From Lama guanicoe (Eukaryota), in contig MU057202.1 in the NCBI GenBank assembly GCA_013239625.1, forward strand, positions 3,547,101-3,611,100: a stretch of 64,000 nucleotides of DNA, read 5' to 3'. Below the pieces are notes generated by a model. That model searched no databases, was not told where the DNA came from, and worked only from the letters and a program-made list of their open reading frames with translations. The position numbers were made by a program, and so were the translations under genes. Of the stretch, positions 43,848 to 56,010 are shown piece after piece (position 1 is the stretch's first letter; the number at the start of each line of letters is the position of its first letter).

Positions 43848-46800
43848 GGTAAAGTCTCATCTGAGGCCTTTGCTGGTCCCCAAAGTGGATGCTGACTTCA
43901 GTCTTCAGGCTGCAGGGCCCTCGGTCGTGCAGGCCCGTCCTGACTTCTGTGCTGGTCCCCACCTGAGCCAGGTCACCCTCCATACGAAGTGCTCACGGGG
44001 TGCAGTGCAGTTGGGCTGGACGAGCAGGTGGGAGTCGGCATGTCTGGGTGTCCAGGCTGGCCGTGCTGCTCCCGGACGAGGCCCCAGGGCTGCCGCCCTC
44101 AGGACAGTCAGGGGGGAGTCACACCTCCTCTGTCTGCCTGGGGAGGGCGACCTTCACCATGGCACCCGGACTGAGCTGCTCCCCCCCATCCAGGGACCTC
44201 CTGGCTGCTCGGCCTCCGCCCCCAGCAGACAAGGGAGTGCAGGCTGCAGAGAAGCACAGATCTTCAGGTACAAGCACCAGGCTTTGTTCCACCAGCATGC
44301 TGACGGTCAGGCAGGAGGGGCCTCTCGGGCCAGTGCCGGGAACTCGGGCAAGAGGCGCAGAGCAGGGGAAGGAGGCAGAGCTTCTCCCGGACAAGCGCAC
44401 CATCCAGAGACTGACCAGGACTCAGGCCACCCTGGGCTCACCCTGCCCTCCTCAGCGTCTGGGTCTGGGCACTGCCTCCTCATGGCCCTCTGTCCCCACA
44501 TCTGTCCCCTAGGATGATCAAAATGCTAACCCAACCAGCCCCCACTCCACCCAGCCCAGCTCAGGGGGCTTCCCTGGGCGGCTGAGACTCCAGGGACAAA
44601 GGCCAGAGTGTCCCCCAGGTCCACCACACCCCCTGGTCCTCTGCTGCCCGGTGCCCTCCCTCCCGTTGTGACCCGTCACCAGCACAGGGTACCACCCCCT
44701 CCTGCCCCCACCCCCGCTGCCTCTCAGCACCTCCCCTGCCTTCCTGTATGAGGACTCTCCTTTCCTGAGTGCTCCCAGGTCAGGACTGTCGGGTGAGCAC
44801 TTCCCTGCAGGTCCCAAGTGGGGCCCAGGGCCAACGGGTGCACGGGGAGCCCTCCTGTCCTGCCCCAGGAGGTCTGGAAGCGGCCCCTGCCCGTCTCCTG
44901 CTCCCACGGCAAGGGCGCTCCTGCCCTGCCCCCTCTGTGGACTTTTCTCTGCCCAAGTAAACAGAAGAACGCCCAGGGCCACACCCTCCCCCAGCCTCCT
45001 CCTGCCATGTCCACCACATTCCGTGCTCAGGGGAAGCCTGGGGGTCTGAGCACCCCAAGTGCCAGGAGGCTGCAAGTGCACGTGGACAGTGAACAGGACA
45101 GATGGGCAGCCGGGAGTGGGCTGAGCAGCAGAGTGGGGTGCAGGCTCCTGGGCCCAGAGGTGTCTTCCTCATTGCACCAAATGCACCTTTGTTCCCTTCC
45201 CATCTGGCTCACCACGAGGTCCCCGGATGACGAAGAACAGAAGTCCTCGCTTCTGTTTTACTGCCACAGGAAAATGCAGCAAACAGCCCGTCCGCCTGAG
45301 GCTCCACCCAGCCGCACACCCCACGCTCCCGGTGAGCCGTGAACTCAGAAGTGGGAACCGGGAACTAACTCGTCACCGCCTTCCTCACCCCGAACGCCAG
45401 ACCCCTGCCTGGGTCTTTCTACTGGTGCTACAGGGTGACTTCCAGTCCAGGAGCTTGTTTCCAGACGCCAAGCCTCTGCTGGAATTTGTGCTTGAGGCTC
45501 AAGGCGGCCCCCAAAGGCGCTTGGGCGCTGGGCCATCTGCAGCCCCTGCCCCGAGCACTGCCTCATCCGCCAGATAAAGCAGGGTCCCAGCCTCGGCGAA
45601 CCACAGCAGCAGAACTGGGCTTCCTCTTTTGCCCAGAAGCCTGGGGACATGATGCCCAGAGAGGACCTGGAAGTGTGACTTGTGGTCCCCAACAGTCCTG
45701 GGGACACGGAGAGCCACAAGGATGAGCCAGCAAGCCCTGATTCCATAGAACACACGGCCTGGTGCCTGGCCCACCTGGCCCGGCCCCTGGGCACCCAGTA
45801 TGCTAGGAGCTGAGACGCGGTCCAGAAAAGAAGCCTCTGCCAACCCCTCTGAGCTGCCCCCAGTGAGCTGGGCCCTCAAACGCCACATCCTAGATGGACA
45901 CCCAACAATCATGAGCGTCCACTTCCTCCTGCCCCTCCCTTGGACACAGAGACTCTAGGTGCGGGGACGTGGAACGCTGGGGGCCTCTGGGGAAGCATGC
46001 CCACAAGCCCTGCACTGGCCCTCTGGACTTGGAACTTGGCAGAAAGCTCCAGGGGCCTGTCCACCTGCCTCCTGAGCCTCTCCCAGCCTCCCTGTCCTCA
46101 TCTGGAGAATGGGACAGTAAGGGAACCCACCTTCAGGGCCGCCCTGAGGCCAAATGCAATCCACCTGTGAGCTCCGGTCAGGGCTGCATTATCACCCCTC
46201 CCCCACCCAGAACAACTGTCTGACCCAGGGACAGAGTGACAGGTGACAAGCACCTTCCACAGACAGTTTTGTCCAGGAAGTGCGCTCGTGGCCACGTTCC
46301 CACCTTTATGTGTTACAGAGTTCAGGACCCCACTCCCAGAGGTTTGGGAGGTAACACCAGCCGCCCACCGGCAAAGCTGCGTCTGTTATAACAGCCAGAC
46401 AACGTCCAGTGGCTTCTAGAGGGTCTCAAATGACAACGACCCCCCTCCCAGCTCTGCCCAGGGTGATGGGACGGGGGGAAGAGGCTGGTCTTGGGCCTGT
46501 GTGACCCAGACAGGGCAGAGGTGCTCCTCCTCCCTGGCCCTGATCCCAGGTGGCCCCCAGCCGCAGGTGGCGCCTCTGATGTCAGTTACAACGGCACCTC
46601 GTATGCCTGAGGCTGTGTCTAGGTGAGGGTTCCCACATCTGGAGCATGAACCCCTCGACAGCACCCAGAAGTCGCCAGCAGTCCCTGCAGGTGTGGGAGG
46701 AACGCTGACAGGCGGGCTGGGGACGAGGGCCACAGACAAAGGGAGGCCAGTCGGCTGCTGTCTGTGGGGGAGGAGGGAGGGCCCTAGGCCGACGCAGGCT

Positions 46801-49206
46801 CCCCTCATGGGGCTGACACCCTGCAGCTCTGTGGGCAGCTGTGAAGTGGGAAAGTCCTCCCACCGGGCAGGCCGTCCCGCAGACTCGGACAGTGAGTGTG
46901 AGCGCTGAGTGCGGCCGGGCAGGGAGCCTGGTCCGCCCATGGACTTGTGCGGCTGTGAGCAGGGGACAGACCACCAGCCGGGAGAGCAGCGCCGTGGGCA
47001 GGACGGGGTGGCCCCTGAGGGTGCCACTAGTGAAGCACCTACTGTGTGCCAGCTCTTCAGCCGGCTCACGCTCTGGATTCTGAACACACACGTGCGCACA
47101 CATGCGCACCGACTGGCATGGGGACTCAGAAGGGTTCCCCAGCGCTGCGGAGGCCAGGCTGAGGAGGAACAAGGCCACCTCAGACTCGACAGGCTGATGG
47201 CCGAGAGCCACGACGGCTCCAGGTGGCACGGGTCTGCCTCCCCCCACGTCACCCTCCCCTGCTGCCAGGACTGGTGCTGGAAGCTGGCCCCCCAGGCGAC
47301 AGCCTTGCTGGCTTGGACCTTGTGGATTAGTGACCCAGCCTGCCGGCATTTCCAGATCCTTGCGTAGGAAGGAAAATTAATTTCTTCCAGTCATGCAGAA
47401 ATGAAAATATGTGGACCCAAATCAGAGAGATTTCCTGGAGGTGGTAACTCAATTACGCGCATAACCTGGTGACAGAGGAAGGGCTGGTGGGTGGCCCGAG
47501 GCAGCTCCAGAGGGTCCTGGCTGGGCCTGCAAGAGACCAGGTACCACTTCCCTTCCCCCACTCACACATGGATCAAGGCACCTCCAGAGAGAGCCAGGTT
47601 CCGCTGGAAAACTGGTCCTAATGTGATATTCCCTCCCGCCCTGTGCCTGCCGAGCTCCCAGGGAGCACACACCACATCTGTTCCTGCATTCATCGTCCCT
47701 GCCCTCCACTCCCTTTCGTCCTTTGAGTGGCCTGGCCACGGAGCCCCAGTCAGCCAGGCTCTTCAGGGACTGAGCTATGGGCCGCACAGGACAGAACCCT
47801 CTCCCTGCCCCCCCACTGCCCCAAGGACAGAAGGCAGGAGAGGGGTGACACAGCTAGACCCCAATGCCTGTCACAGCACCAGTCCTCCCTGAGTGTGCCC
47901 AGGGAGTGTGGGCAGCGCCTTCCCGCCTCTTCCCCGGCCCGAGAAAGGACGCCAGGGGTTGCCTGGACCCCCGCAGGGTGCCAACCTCAAGAAGTTTCTA
48001 AAACCTTGCTACAACTTGCAAGAGCCACGGCGCAGGGACACAGAACAGCTGCCCTCCCTTTGTGCCTGGCCAACCCCTGTCCTCCAAGGGTGGCCGCCCT
48101 GGGAACCTCCTGTTTCTGGGTCCAGGGGCGGAAACTCACACCCAGTTAGACATAATGGTTCGGCATCCTGGCCACCCATCAACGACGGTGCCTGACAGTT
48201 GCTCAGATCGCCACCCACAGGAGCACAAGGTCTCTATTCCCAAAGGAAATAGTCTTCTCTGTGGTCTCTGGAAGAGGCCTGAAGGCTGTCAGCCTAAGCC
48301 CACGTGGGGCGGAGTAGTTTTTTTTTGATGCGGTGGGTGGGGCGGCACGGGTCTCCACCCTGCCAGGGGTCCTCCCACTCCTCCTAGCACACACGCTCCT
48401 CCCAGGGGCGGAAGGAGGGACAGCCTGAGGCTGTGTGTTCAGAGCCCAGGGCTCAGAGTGTGGCTTGCCACCAGCTCTGCTGCCTTCTGCTCCACGTAAG
48501 CCCGTCTAGGGCTGAATTTCCAGCCATCTGTCCCTCCACGTCGGCTCACACCTCCCTCCCCGCCGTTCCCACAGCCTGGCTCCGGGCCTGCCCAACACGC
48601 AGATGGACGGTTCCCAAAGCGTGTGAGCAGAATGCTGCCACCGGCTGCGCCCGAGGCCCCCAGGCGGTCAGGATCCAGGGATGGTCGTTTAAGACCTTCC
48701 CCCCACCTACAGGGAGTGAGACAGCACTCCTGAGGTCTCCAGTCAGCTTAACCCCAAGGCTGCCTAATCGCCCCTGCCTAGGCGGCAGGTCCAGGGACCA
48801 AAACAAGAGGGAAAGGGGCTAGAGGGAGCGCAGGCCTCCTCCCCAGTCAGGTCAGAGACAGTTCTCTCTCTCCTAGGGTCACACTGTGCACCCCCATCCA
48901 GTCCTCTGCCACCTGGCCCGGCCTCTTCGTCAGGAAGTGCGGACACCGCAATGAACTTGCTGGACTTCCCACCTTCCAGAAACAGGTCCCACCTTACGTC
49001 TGACCACACCCTGGCAGGTCAGGCCCTGGCTCACCTAGGGGGCGGTCAGTGGGTGGGCGCTGAGTGGGCTGGCCCCACCCCACCTGGACTCCAACTTTGC
49101 AAAGTGGGGAAGGGGCGCTCTGCACGGCTGCAGGGAGACTCCGAGACCGGAGCTGCAGGAGGATTCGGGGTGGCAGCGGCGGCAGCGCGCGGGACGGGGC
49201 ACTTAC

Positions 49207-49495
49207 GGTCAGGAGGTCCGCAGGAAGGGAGGCGCTCGCACTCTCGCGACCCGGCTCCTGAAGCGGCTTTGCCTTCGAACTCCGCCCCTGCCTCCGTAAC
49301 TTGGGGGCAATCGGCGCGCTGTCTTCTAGTGCCGCGCCAGGCTCAGGCGCGCGGCGGGGCCGGGGCGCGCGGGGCGGCCGCCCGCTCCGCCCGCCCGGCT
49401 GCCCGCGCGGGAACAAAGCGCGCACGCCGCCCCGGGCGGCCTCCGGCCTCCGCGGCCCGCGCCCGCTCCGGCCGGCGCGCCTTTGGCTCGCAGGC
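49207..49495 (-). other. CBFA2T3: Candidate non-coding first exon (5' end unknown, may lie in the gap)
   Basis: Consensus donor GACC|GTAAGT at 49206-49201 at the downstream edge of the CpG island. No minus-strand ATG between 49495 and 49207. Confidence 0.35.
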
Positions 49496-50241
49496 NNNNN
49501 NNNNNNNNNNNNNNNNNNNNNNNNNNNNNNNNNNNNNNNNNNNNNNNNNNNNNNNNNNNNNNNNNNNNNNNNNNNNNNNNNNNNNNNNNNNNNNNNNNNN
49601 NNNNNNNNNNNNNNNNNNNNNNNNNNNNNNNNNNNNNNNNNNNNNNNNNNNNNNNNNNNNNNNNNNNNNNNNNNNNNNNNNNNNNNNNNNNNNNNNNNNN
49701 NNNNNNNNNNNNNNNNNNNNNNNNNNNNNNNNNNNNNNNNNNNNNNNNNNNNNNNNNNNNNNNNNNNNNNNNNNNNNNNNNNNNNNNNNNNNNNNNNNNN
49801 NNNNNNNNNNNNNNNNNNNNNNNNNNNNNNNNNNNNNNNNNNNNNNNNNNNNNNNNNNNNNNNNNNNNNNNNNNNNNNNNNNNNNNNNNNNNNNNNNNNN
49901 NNNNNNNNNNNNNNNNNNNNNNNNNNNNNNNNNNNNNNNNNNNNNNNNNNNNNNNNNNNNNNNNNNNNNNNNNNNNNNNNNNNNNNNNNNNNNNNNNNNN
50001 NNNNNNNNNNNNNNNNNNNNNNNNNNNNNNNNNNNNNNNNNNNNNNNNNNNNNNNNNNNNNNNNNNNNNNNNNNNNNNNNNNNNNNNNNNNNNNNNNNNN
50101 NNNNNNNNNNNNNNNNNNNNNNNNNNNNNNNNNNNNNNNNNNNNNNNNNNNNNNNNNNNNNNNNNNNNNNNNNNNNNNNNNNNNNNNNNNNNNNNNNNNN
50201 NNNNNNNNNNNNNNNNNNNNNNNNNNNNNNNNNNNNNNNNN
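49496..50241. other. Assembly gap (746 N) in the CpG island core
   Basis: Run of N flanked by almost pure GC sequence. Confidence 1.
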
Positions 50242-52016
50242 CGCCGCGTGGGCCGGGCCGGGGCCGCCTCCGCGCTCAGCCCGCAGGGGGCGCCCTCCCG
50301 CCGCGCCCTGAACCGCGCGCCACGGCGGCCTCGGCCCCGCGCTGACCGAGTGACCGAGCGGACTGGGGGAGCGTAGGATCCCGGCTCACTGCCTCTGGCC
50401 TTGGGTATTTGCTTGTCTCTGCATTTATCTGCATCCCATTCTTTCAACGTCAAGCTGCTGCCCTGGCCCCTGAGCGCTGCACTCCCCCCTCCCGGGACTC
50501 TCGCCTACCTCCCCACTCTCTGCCTTTCCCTAAAGTGCCTTGCGGCATAGCTGATGCCCTGCCTTTCCTCTTTCTTCCTCCACAATTCACATAGACTGTA
50601 TTTCCTCAGGACAAGATGAGGTCCCAGGGTCACAGTCTTAGGAAACAGAGGCCAGAACTTCAGAACAGTAGGGCCCTGATTTGCATCTCATTTGGCATAA
50701 ATCTGCACGTGAAGGTCCACGGTCTGCAATTCCCAAGTACAAATTCAGGCAGTGTGCCGAAAGGTACCCTCCTCCTTGACTGAGCCCTGCCCACCGGGTC
50801 CAGCTGGGCCGAGGAAGCCGAGGGAACACAAGGCAAAGGCTCTGAGGTGCAGGGACACCCCTGCCCCATCCCCGCAGGGGCACTGGGCATGGGCCCGTCG
50901 TCTGGGTCACCAACGAGCCACGTGGCCCCCACCAGTCCCTTGACCTCCTGGGCCTCTGTAGAAATCAGAGCAGTGTGGTGAAGCAGCACAGATGTCTGGC
51001 GCCTGGCTTTCAGAATGGGCTCGGGTGAGACTCCTCCTGTCCTGAGCCCATTTCACAGAAGAATGTGGATCTAAGACAACCATCCCAGACTTTATGCACC
51101 AATATTTATCAACACCAGCTCCTTTACTTCATGGACTCTGAGGCACTGTTGACTTTAAGTTGCAACATTATTTTATGAACCAGAAAGAAGAACATGGTCC
51201 TGTTATAGTCTGGAGATGCCTCTAGATTTCAGGGAGGTTAATATGCACAAAGGCAGGCCAGATCGGGCACTGAGCAGCAGCCAGCCAGCCTGCAGCCAGC
51301 CTCAGGGGCTCTCAGCCGGGCAGAGAAATAGACACCATCCCAACAGCCATGAAACTTCCACAGAGCATCAGCAGAAGCTGGGTCCAACCTGGGCCTGGGG
51401 TCCACTGCAACTCGGCCCCTACAAACCACACAGCGCTGTCAGGTCATTGTGTTAAATTACCAACTGCAATGTCTCATCTAAGCAGGGTGTTGGAAACCAC
51501 TGGAGACATGACAGATCCCAAGACACCAAGGATAAAACCGCAATCATCAGAGACCACGCTCTGGGCCCTGAGCCACCCTGAAGGCTCCCACGCCCCTGCC
51601 GGGGAGAACCGAGCGCTGTCCTGACTGGGCCAGACGGCCACGCAAAGTCGCGATGGGACATGGCGGCAGCTGCCACACTGAAGAGGGTTTGCCCGAGGCA
51701 GGCAATGACCTGAGCATGAGCTCTGCATTCTCGCACTGAATTCTCACCCACCTGCCAGACACTGGAAGCCCCGTGTTACAGGTGAGGGGACGGGGGCTCC
51801 AGCAGGCTGCACGGGCACGCAGCCCCGGACGGGCGGAGGCTGAGTGCCCTCGCCGCGCTCGCCTCCCTCGCCTCCTGTGGGCTGGTGTCTCGCTCTAGAA
51901 ACGGCTCAGGCAAATTCCTGGGTCTTCAGCAGGGCTGGAGTCCCACCAGGCCAGCCTGGCCCGGGCGTCCAGGCCATCAGCCACTGCAGACCACTCCTCA
52001 AAAACAATTCTGAGCC

Positions 52017-52159
52017 GGGGGAGGGCACAGCTCAGTGGTAGCACGTGCTTAGCATGCACAGGGGTCTATGTTCAATCCCCAGTACCTTTGTTAAAAAAAA
52101 ATTCAACCTAATTACCCCCCAAAACAAAAACAGAAATCACGTCATGTTAAAAAAACAAT
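52017..52159 (+). mobile_element. Vic-1-like camelid tRNA-derived SINE with target-site duplication
   Basis: ggggagggcacagctcagtggtagcacgtgcttagcatgcacaggggtctatgttcaatccccagtacc (A box and B box), tail aacctaattacccccc, and TSD aattctgag at 52006-52014 and 52160-52168. Confidence 0.85.
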
Positions 52160-52394
52160 AATTCTGAGTAATGATGGGCTTCCTCAAACATGTTTCAGTC
52201 ACATCTAAAAACCTGCAGCCGAAGTTGAAATAGCTGCGAAGAGCATGAAATCTGACACACAGCAAACATGGATATTTCAAAATAAAAGGGTGGCTGATGG
52301 GCTAGGAGCTACAGTGTTGGGATAGCCACCGTTCTCCACTTAAAAATACATGAACAAACTCTTCTCTGACACCTGAATTGTCCCAGCTCCCTAG

Positions 52395-52495
52395 GTGGCA
52401 CAATGAGTTTTGAGATACAACACCAGAAGTGTGATCTATGAAAGAAAAATTTGGTAAGTTGGACTTCATTAATATTTAAGCCTTCCGGTCTGTGG
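52395..52495 (+). mobile_element. L1 ORF2 fragment
   Basis: gagatacaacaccagaagtgtgatctatgaaagaaaaatttggtaagttggacttcattaatattt resembles the L1 ORF2 C-terminal region. Confidence 0.6.
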
Positions 52496-54774
52496 AAGAC
52501 AGGGCTGCAGAGTAAGGCTGTGCAGGGAGTGCACTGCACCTGCGAGCGGGCAGGGAAGGCAGGTGCGGCTGCGCTGGGGGCCACCTTTGCACCCACAAAA
52601 GCAGCTCTGCCTGTCACCACGGGGCCCCTGAAAAGCTCATCTGAAGCCATTGCTGACTGCTGGCTCCTTCCCCTGAGACAGGATGAGGAGGGCTGGCAGA
52701 CCCCCTTCCTCCCCGTGATTCTGTGTGGTCAAAGGCCACAATTCGGGAAACAGGACCCCAAAGCATGTACCAGGCTGCTCACAGGCAGGCTCCCCCTGGG
52801 TGTTCGGACCTGCTCTGCAGGTGGGGTTGCCCCCAGGTGGGCAGGCGGAACTGCTACCTGGATTCTGGGAATGGGAAACGGGCTCTGCGAGGCGAGGTGC
52901 TTTGCCCAGGGGCCGCGCACTTCTTATTTGGTTACCCCAGCAGGAAACAGGTAAAGGCCAGGAAACCGCTGGGAGGCGCTGCCAGGGGGCTTGGGCAGTG
53001 GAATGGGAGCTAGACCGGGAGGGACAGAGTCAACAAAAGCAGCCGTCCACCAGGGCCGGAGAGGTGGGAAGACACACACTCATGCGGCAGCTCCTGTCCC
53101 TACTGGTGGGGCTGCTCCTGGCACCCTCAGTCCCCACCCCTGTCCTCTCAAGCAGGGGGAACACAGATGACGGTGGTGATGCCTGGAGGTCTGGAGCCAG
53201 TGGGGGTGCACAGAAGTGGGGGCAAGGGGATGTGGGCGGGGCGTGGGAGTGGGGTGGGGTGGGAGTGAGGGATGGGAGTTGGGGACAGGAGTGTGGGGTG
53301 GGAGCAGGGACTAAAGATGTGGGCGGGGTGCAAGGACACCTGCCACTGGCCAGGCTGGACTTCTGTTCCTCCACGGGGCTCCAGGGAGTTCCCTCCACCT
53401 GGCCCAGGGCTCCTCGGAACCCTAGAGTCCTGGGAGACATCTGTGGGGCTCCCACCCATCGACTCCAGGTCATTTGTTTTTACTTCTGCCCAAGCTTCAG
53501 TAAGGAGCACCAAGTAAACAATCAGGATGGCAGTCACGTTGTGAGAATTGTGAAGTCAAGTTCTCTGGGCCAAGTCATTAATTATCCTGCGTGCAAAGCC
53601 AGGCAGCTAAGATCCCAGCTCCTGGCCAGGCCAAGCGCAGCCCTGGCTGGGAGGCCTCCGAGGAGCTCTCCTGTGGAGGGAGGGCAGCCACCTGGTGTCT
53701 CCCACCCATGCAGGTGCAGCGCTAGGTGCTTCAAAAATGCCTTATTCATACCCCGGGACAACCCCTGTGCAGGTTATGAACCACCTTTCTGCAGAGGAAA
53801 CCGAGGCCCAGGGAGACGAGAGCCTGCAGGGGGAGGTGGGGCTCGGGCAGCGGGGGTGGTGAGCCCGGCCCACGCTCCCCTTGGCTGCACTGCACTGCCA
53901 GTCCGCCCCATTGGCTTCCGTCCTGTTATCTGGCGTGTCACACCCTGTCACCTCCTGGCCGGCCTGCCAGCCAGCCTGGCCACACTGTGGGTGACGGTCA
54001 CAGGAAGGAGGCGTGGAAGGGCAGCCCATCTGCTTTCCAGATCACAGGGAGGAACCAAAAGTGAGGCAGCTTCAGAGGTGCTGGGCACTGCCCACAAGAC
54101 TTTGATGTGGCCTCAGGACCCTGGGCAGGGCAGGGCTCCAGCAGTGGCCCCTTGGCGGGCTCCTGCCTGCGGGGACTGGACGCCTTCTCTGTGGCCGCCT
54201 GTGTCCTGTTCCCAGTGCCCTGGAGAGCTACTGGGAAGTTAGAGAGGGGAGGCTTCCACAGGCTTCTCACCGGGGTGCCCCAGGCCGGACGGCTGCGGGG
54301 AGACACGGAACCTCACTGGAGATGGAAGGCCTGTGGGCTAAAAAGGCAGGTACGGCTCCTCACCGAGAGAAAAGGCCGCCCTCAAAAGTGAAGATGTGTG
54401 GCGTGGGCCAGGGTGCTGGGACCACAGTGGTTACCTCGGGCTCTAAATAGATCCAGCAATTTCCACACGTGGGGCAGTCCTCGCCGACGTATTCACTCCT
54501 CCCTTCCCTCACTCTACAAGCCTGAAGGCAAGCGCCTGGGCTCGCAGGGCCTCAGGTTCCTCTGCAGAGACGGAGTAACAATTGCCGGCTGGACCCCACG
54601 TTTGCAGTGTGGCCCAAACACCACTTCCTGGCTCTCTCTCTCGTCTTTGCTCAGTTTCAGGTGAAAGCAGGCCCAGCGGGAAGGCGACCTCCGTGCACAC
54701 TGGAGGGGGGCCCGTTGGGCTGAGGTGGCGCTGAAGACCCCGGAGAGCCACGCACTCTCCCACGGACGGTGGCA

Positions 54775-55110
54775 GGACACCTGGACCCCATTTGGGGAAA
54801 AAAATGGATACATTCCTTACTTCACTTGGAAAAGTTGACTCCACCGTGTTGAAGAATAAAATGTGAAAAACAAAACGGTGAAAAAGTATTAGAAGAAAAC
54901 ACAGGTCATCTGTGTATCTGCTTATAACAAAGGAAGCCCAGAAACCCAGGAAAAAGACGGACAGACTTGACTGTGTAACTGCCAACAACTGGACCAAAAG
55001 ATTTATGGCACCATGTTCATAAATCCACAGAGAAGCAGAGAATATAAACACACAAAGCAAAAATGAGCAAAGTACATGAACAGGTCCACGGCAAAGAAGA
55101 AATACACTTT
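54775..55110 (+). mobile_element. Old L1M ORF2 fragment
   Basis: A-rich plus strand: aaatgtgaaaaacaaaacggtgaaaaagtattagaagaaaaca...aaaaatgagcaaagtacatgaacagg...aaagaagaaataca. Confidence 0.7.
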
Positions 55111-55744
55111 CAGGGATCTCCTTCAAAACCTCCCCTGAGCATTAGGCCCATTTCTCAGGCTCTTATGATAACAAAACAGTCCTTGCGCTGAGGCACTCGC
55201 CCTGCTGGGGCGCTGCCTGAGTGACAGCCCACAGCCCACCTGCTGCCTCCGTGGAGGTGGGGGGGACACCCAGCGCTCAGGGAGGCGGGCCCTCCCGCGA
55301 GCTCACGTGCACCTGTCTTCCCTCCACGCACATACGGCGTTTCTCTGTGCTTCACCTGGTCTCTACGTCTCTTCCCCAGGGCAGGGTGCGTCCATCTGTT
55401 CCCCATGCATCCCCAGGGCCTCACAACTGTTCACCTGCAGTGAGTATCTGTTGAATGACTGCATGACCTCATTTAACTTTCACACAGCTCTCTGAGACAC
55501 GTCGTCATTCTCATTTTAAGTTATTTTCACCTTCCTTTTATCTGCATGTTTGGATTTTTTATAGGCATTTCTTGTTTTATTTTCACTTTGTTAGGTAAGG
55601 AGAGATATCAGTTGGTTTTCAAAGTGCATTTGCTGGACACAATCAGGGTGGCAGCCCCGGGCCAGGCCTGTGGCTTCTCAGTCCCTGCTCTGGTCACAGG
55701 CTGCTCCTCGGCCCCAGGTGGGCAGCTCACCCCCTCGGCGGCAC

Positions 55745-56010
55745 TGGCTGGACCAAGAGGAGAGCATGTGACCCAGCTGGGCCAGTCCCAGTCCTTCCCT
55801 GGGATTCTGGAGCTAGACCAGGAGGGGACCTTTCTCCGCTTTGCCCAGGAGCCACCCCCAAAGCTGCCCGGGGCATCTGCTGGGGAGCAGGAGAGGGCTT
55901 GCCCTGAGCACATGCTGGCTGGACCCCGGGTCCCTGCAACTAGTCCTGTTCTGCCCTTGAGCCAACACACCCGTCTGCCTGAGCTCCAGGGCAGGGCTTC
56001 TGTCACAACC
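55745..56010 (+). mobile_element. ERVL/MaLR-like LTR fragment
   Basis: gcatgtgacccagctgggccagtc...ccttccctgggatt and terminal ggcttctgtcacaacc resemble LTR16/MLT1 motifs. Confidence 0.4.

Larger units (their letters stand above)
49140..50385 (-). promoter_or_regulatory. CBFA2T3: CpG island, probable CBFA2T3 (MTG16b-type) promoter, interrupted by an assembly gap
   Basis: Extreme CpG density on both sides of the gap, about 29 kb upstream of exon 2 on the gene strand. Human MTG16b initiates in a CpG island inside intron 1 of the long isoform. Confidence 0.7.

Noticed and set aside
48951-50453. Several long ORFs spanning N runs (also 35538-36960)
   Set aside because: Artefacts of translating through assembly gaps.
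52017-52090. tRNA-like sequence with A and B boxes
   Set aside because: Followed by an A-rich tail and flanked by a TSD, so it is a SINE head rather than a tRNA gene.
53230-53310. G-quadruplex-forming G-run clusters (also 58070-58145)
   Set aside because: Ubiquitous in this window and not informative individually.
52725-54242. 505-aa plus-strand ORF
   Set aside because: Gly/Pro/Arg/Ala-biased, no recognisable domain, non-ATG start, and overlaps G-rich low complexity and MIR-like sequence.
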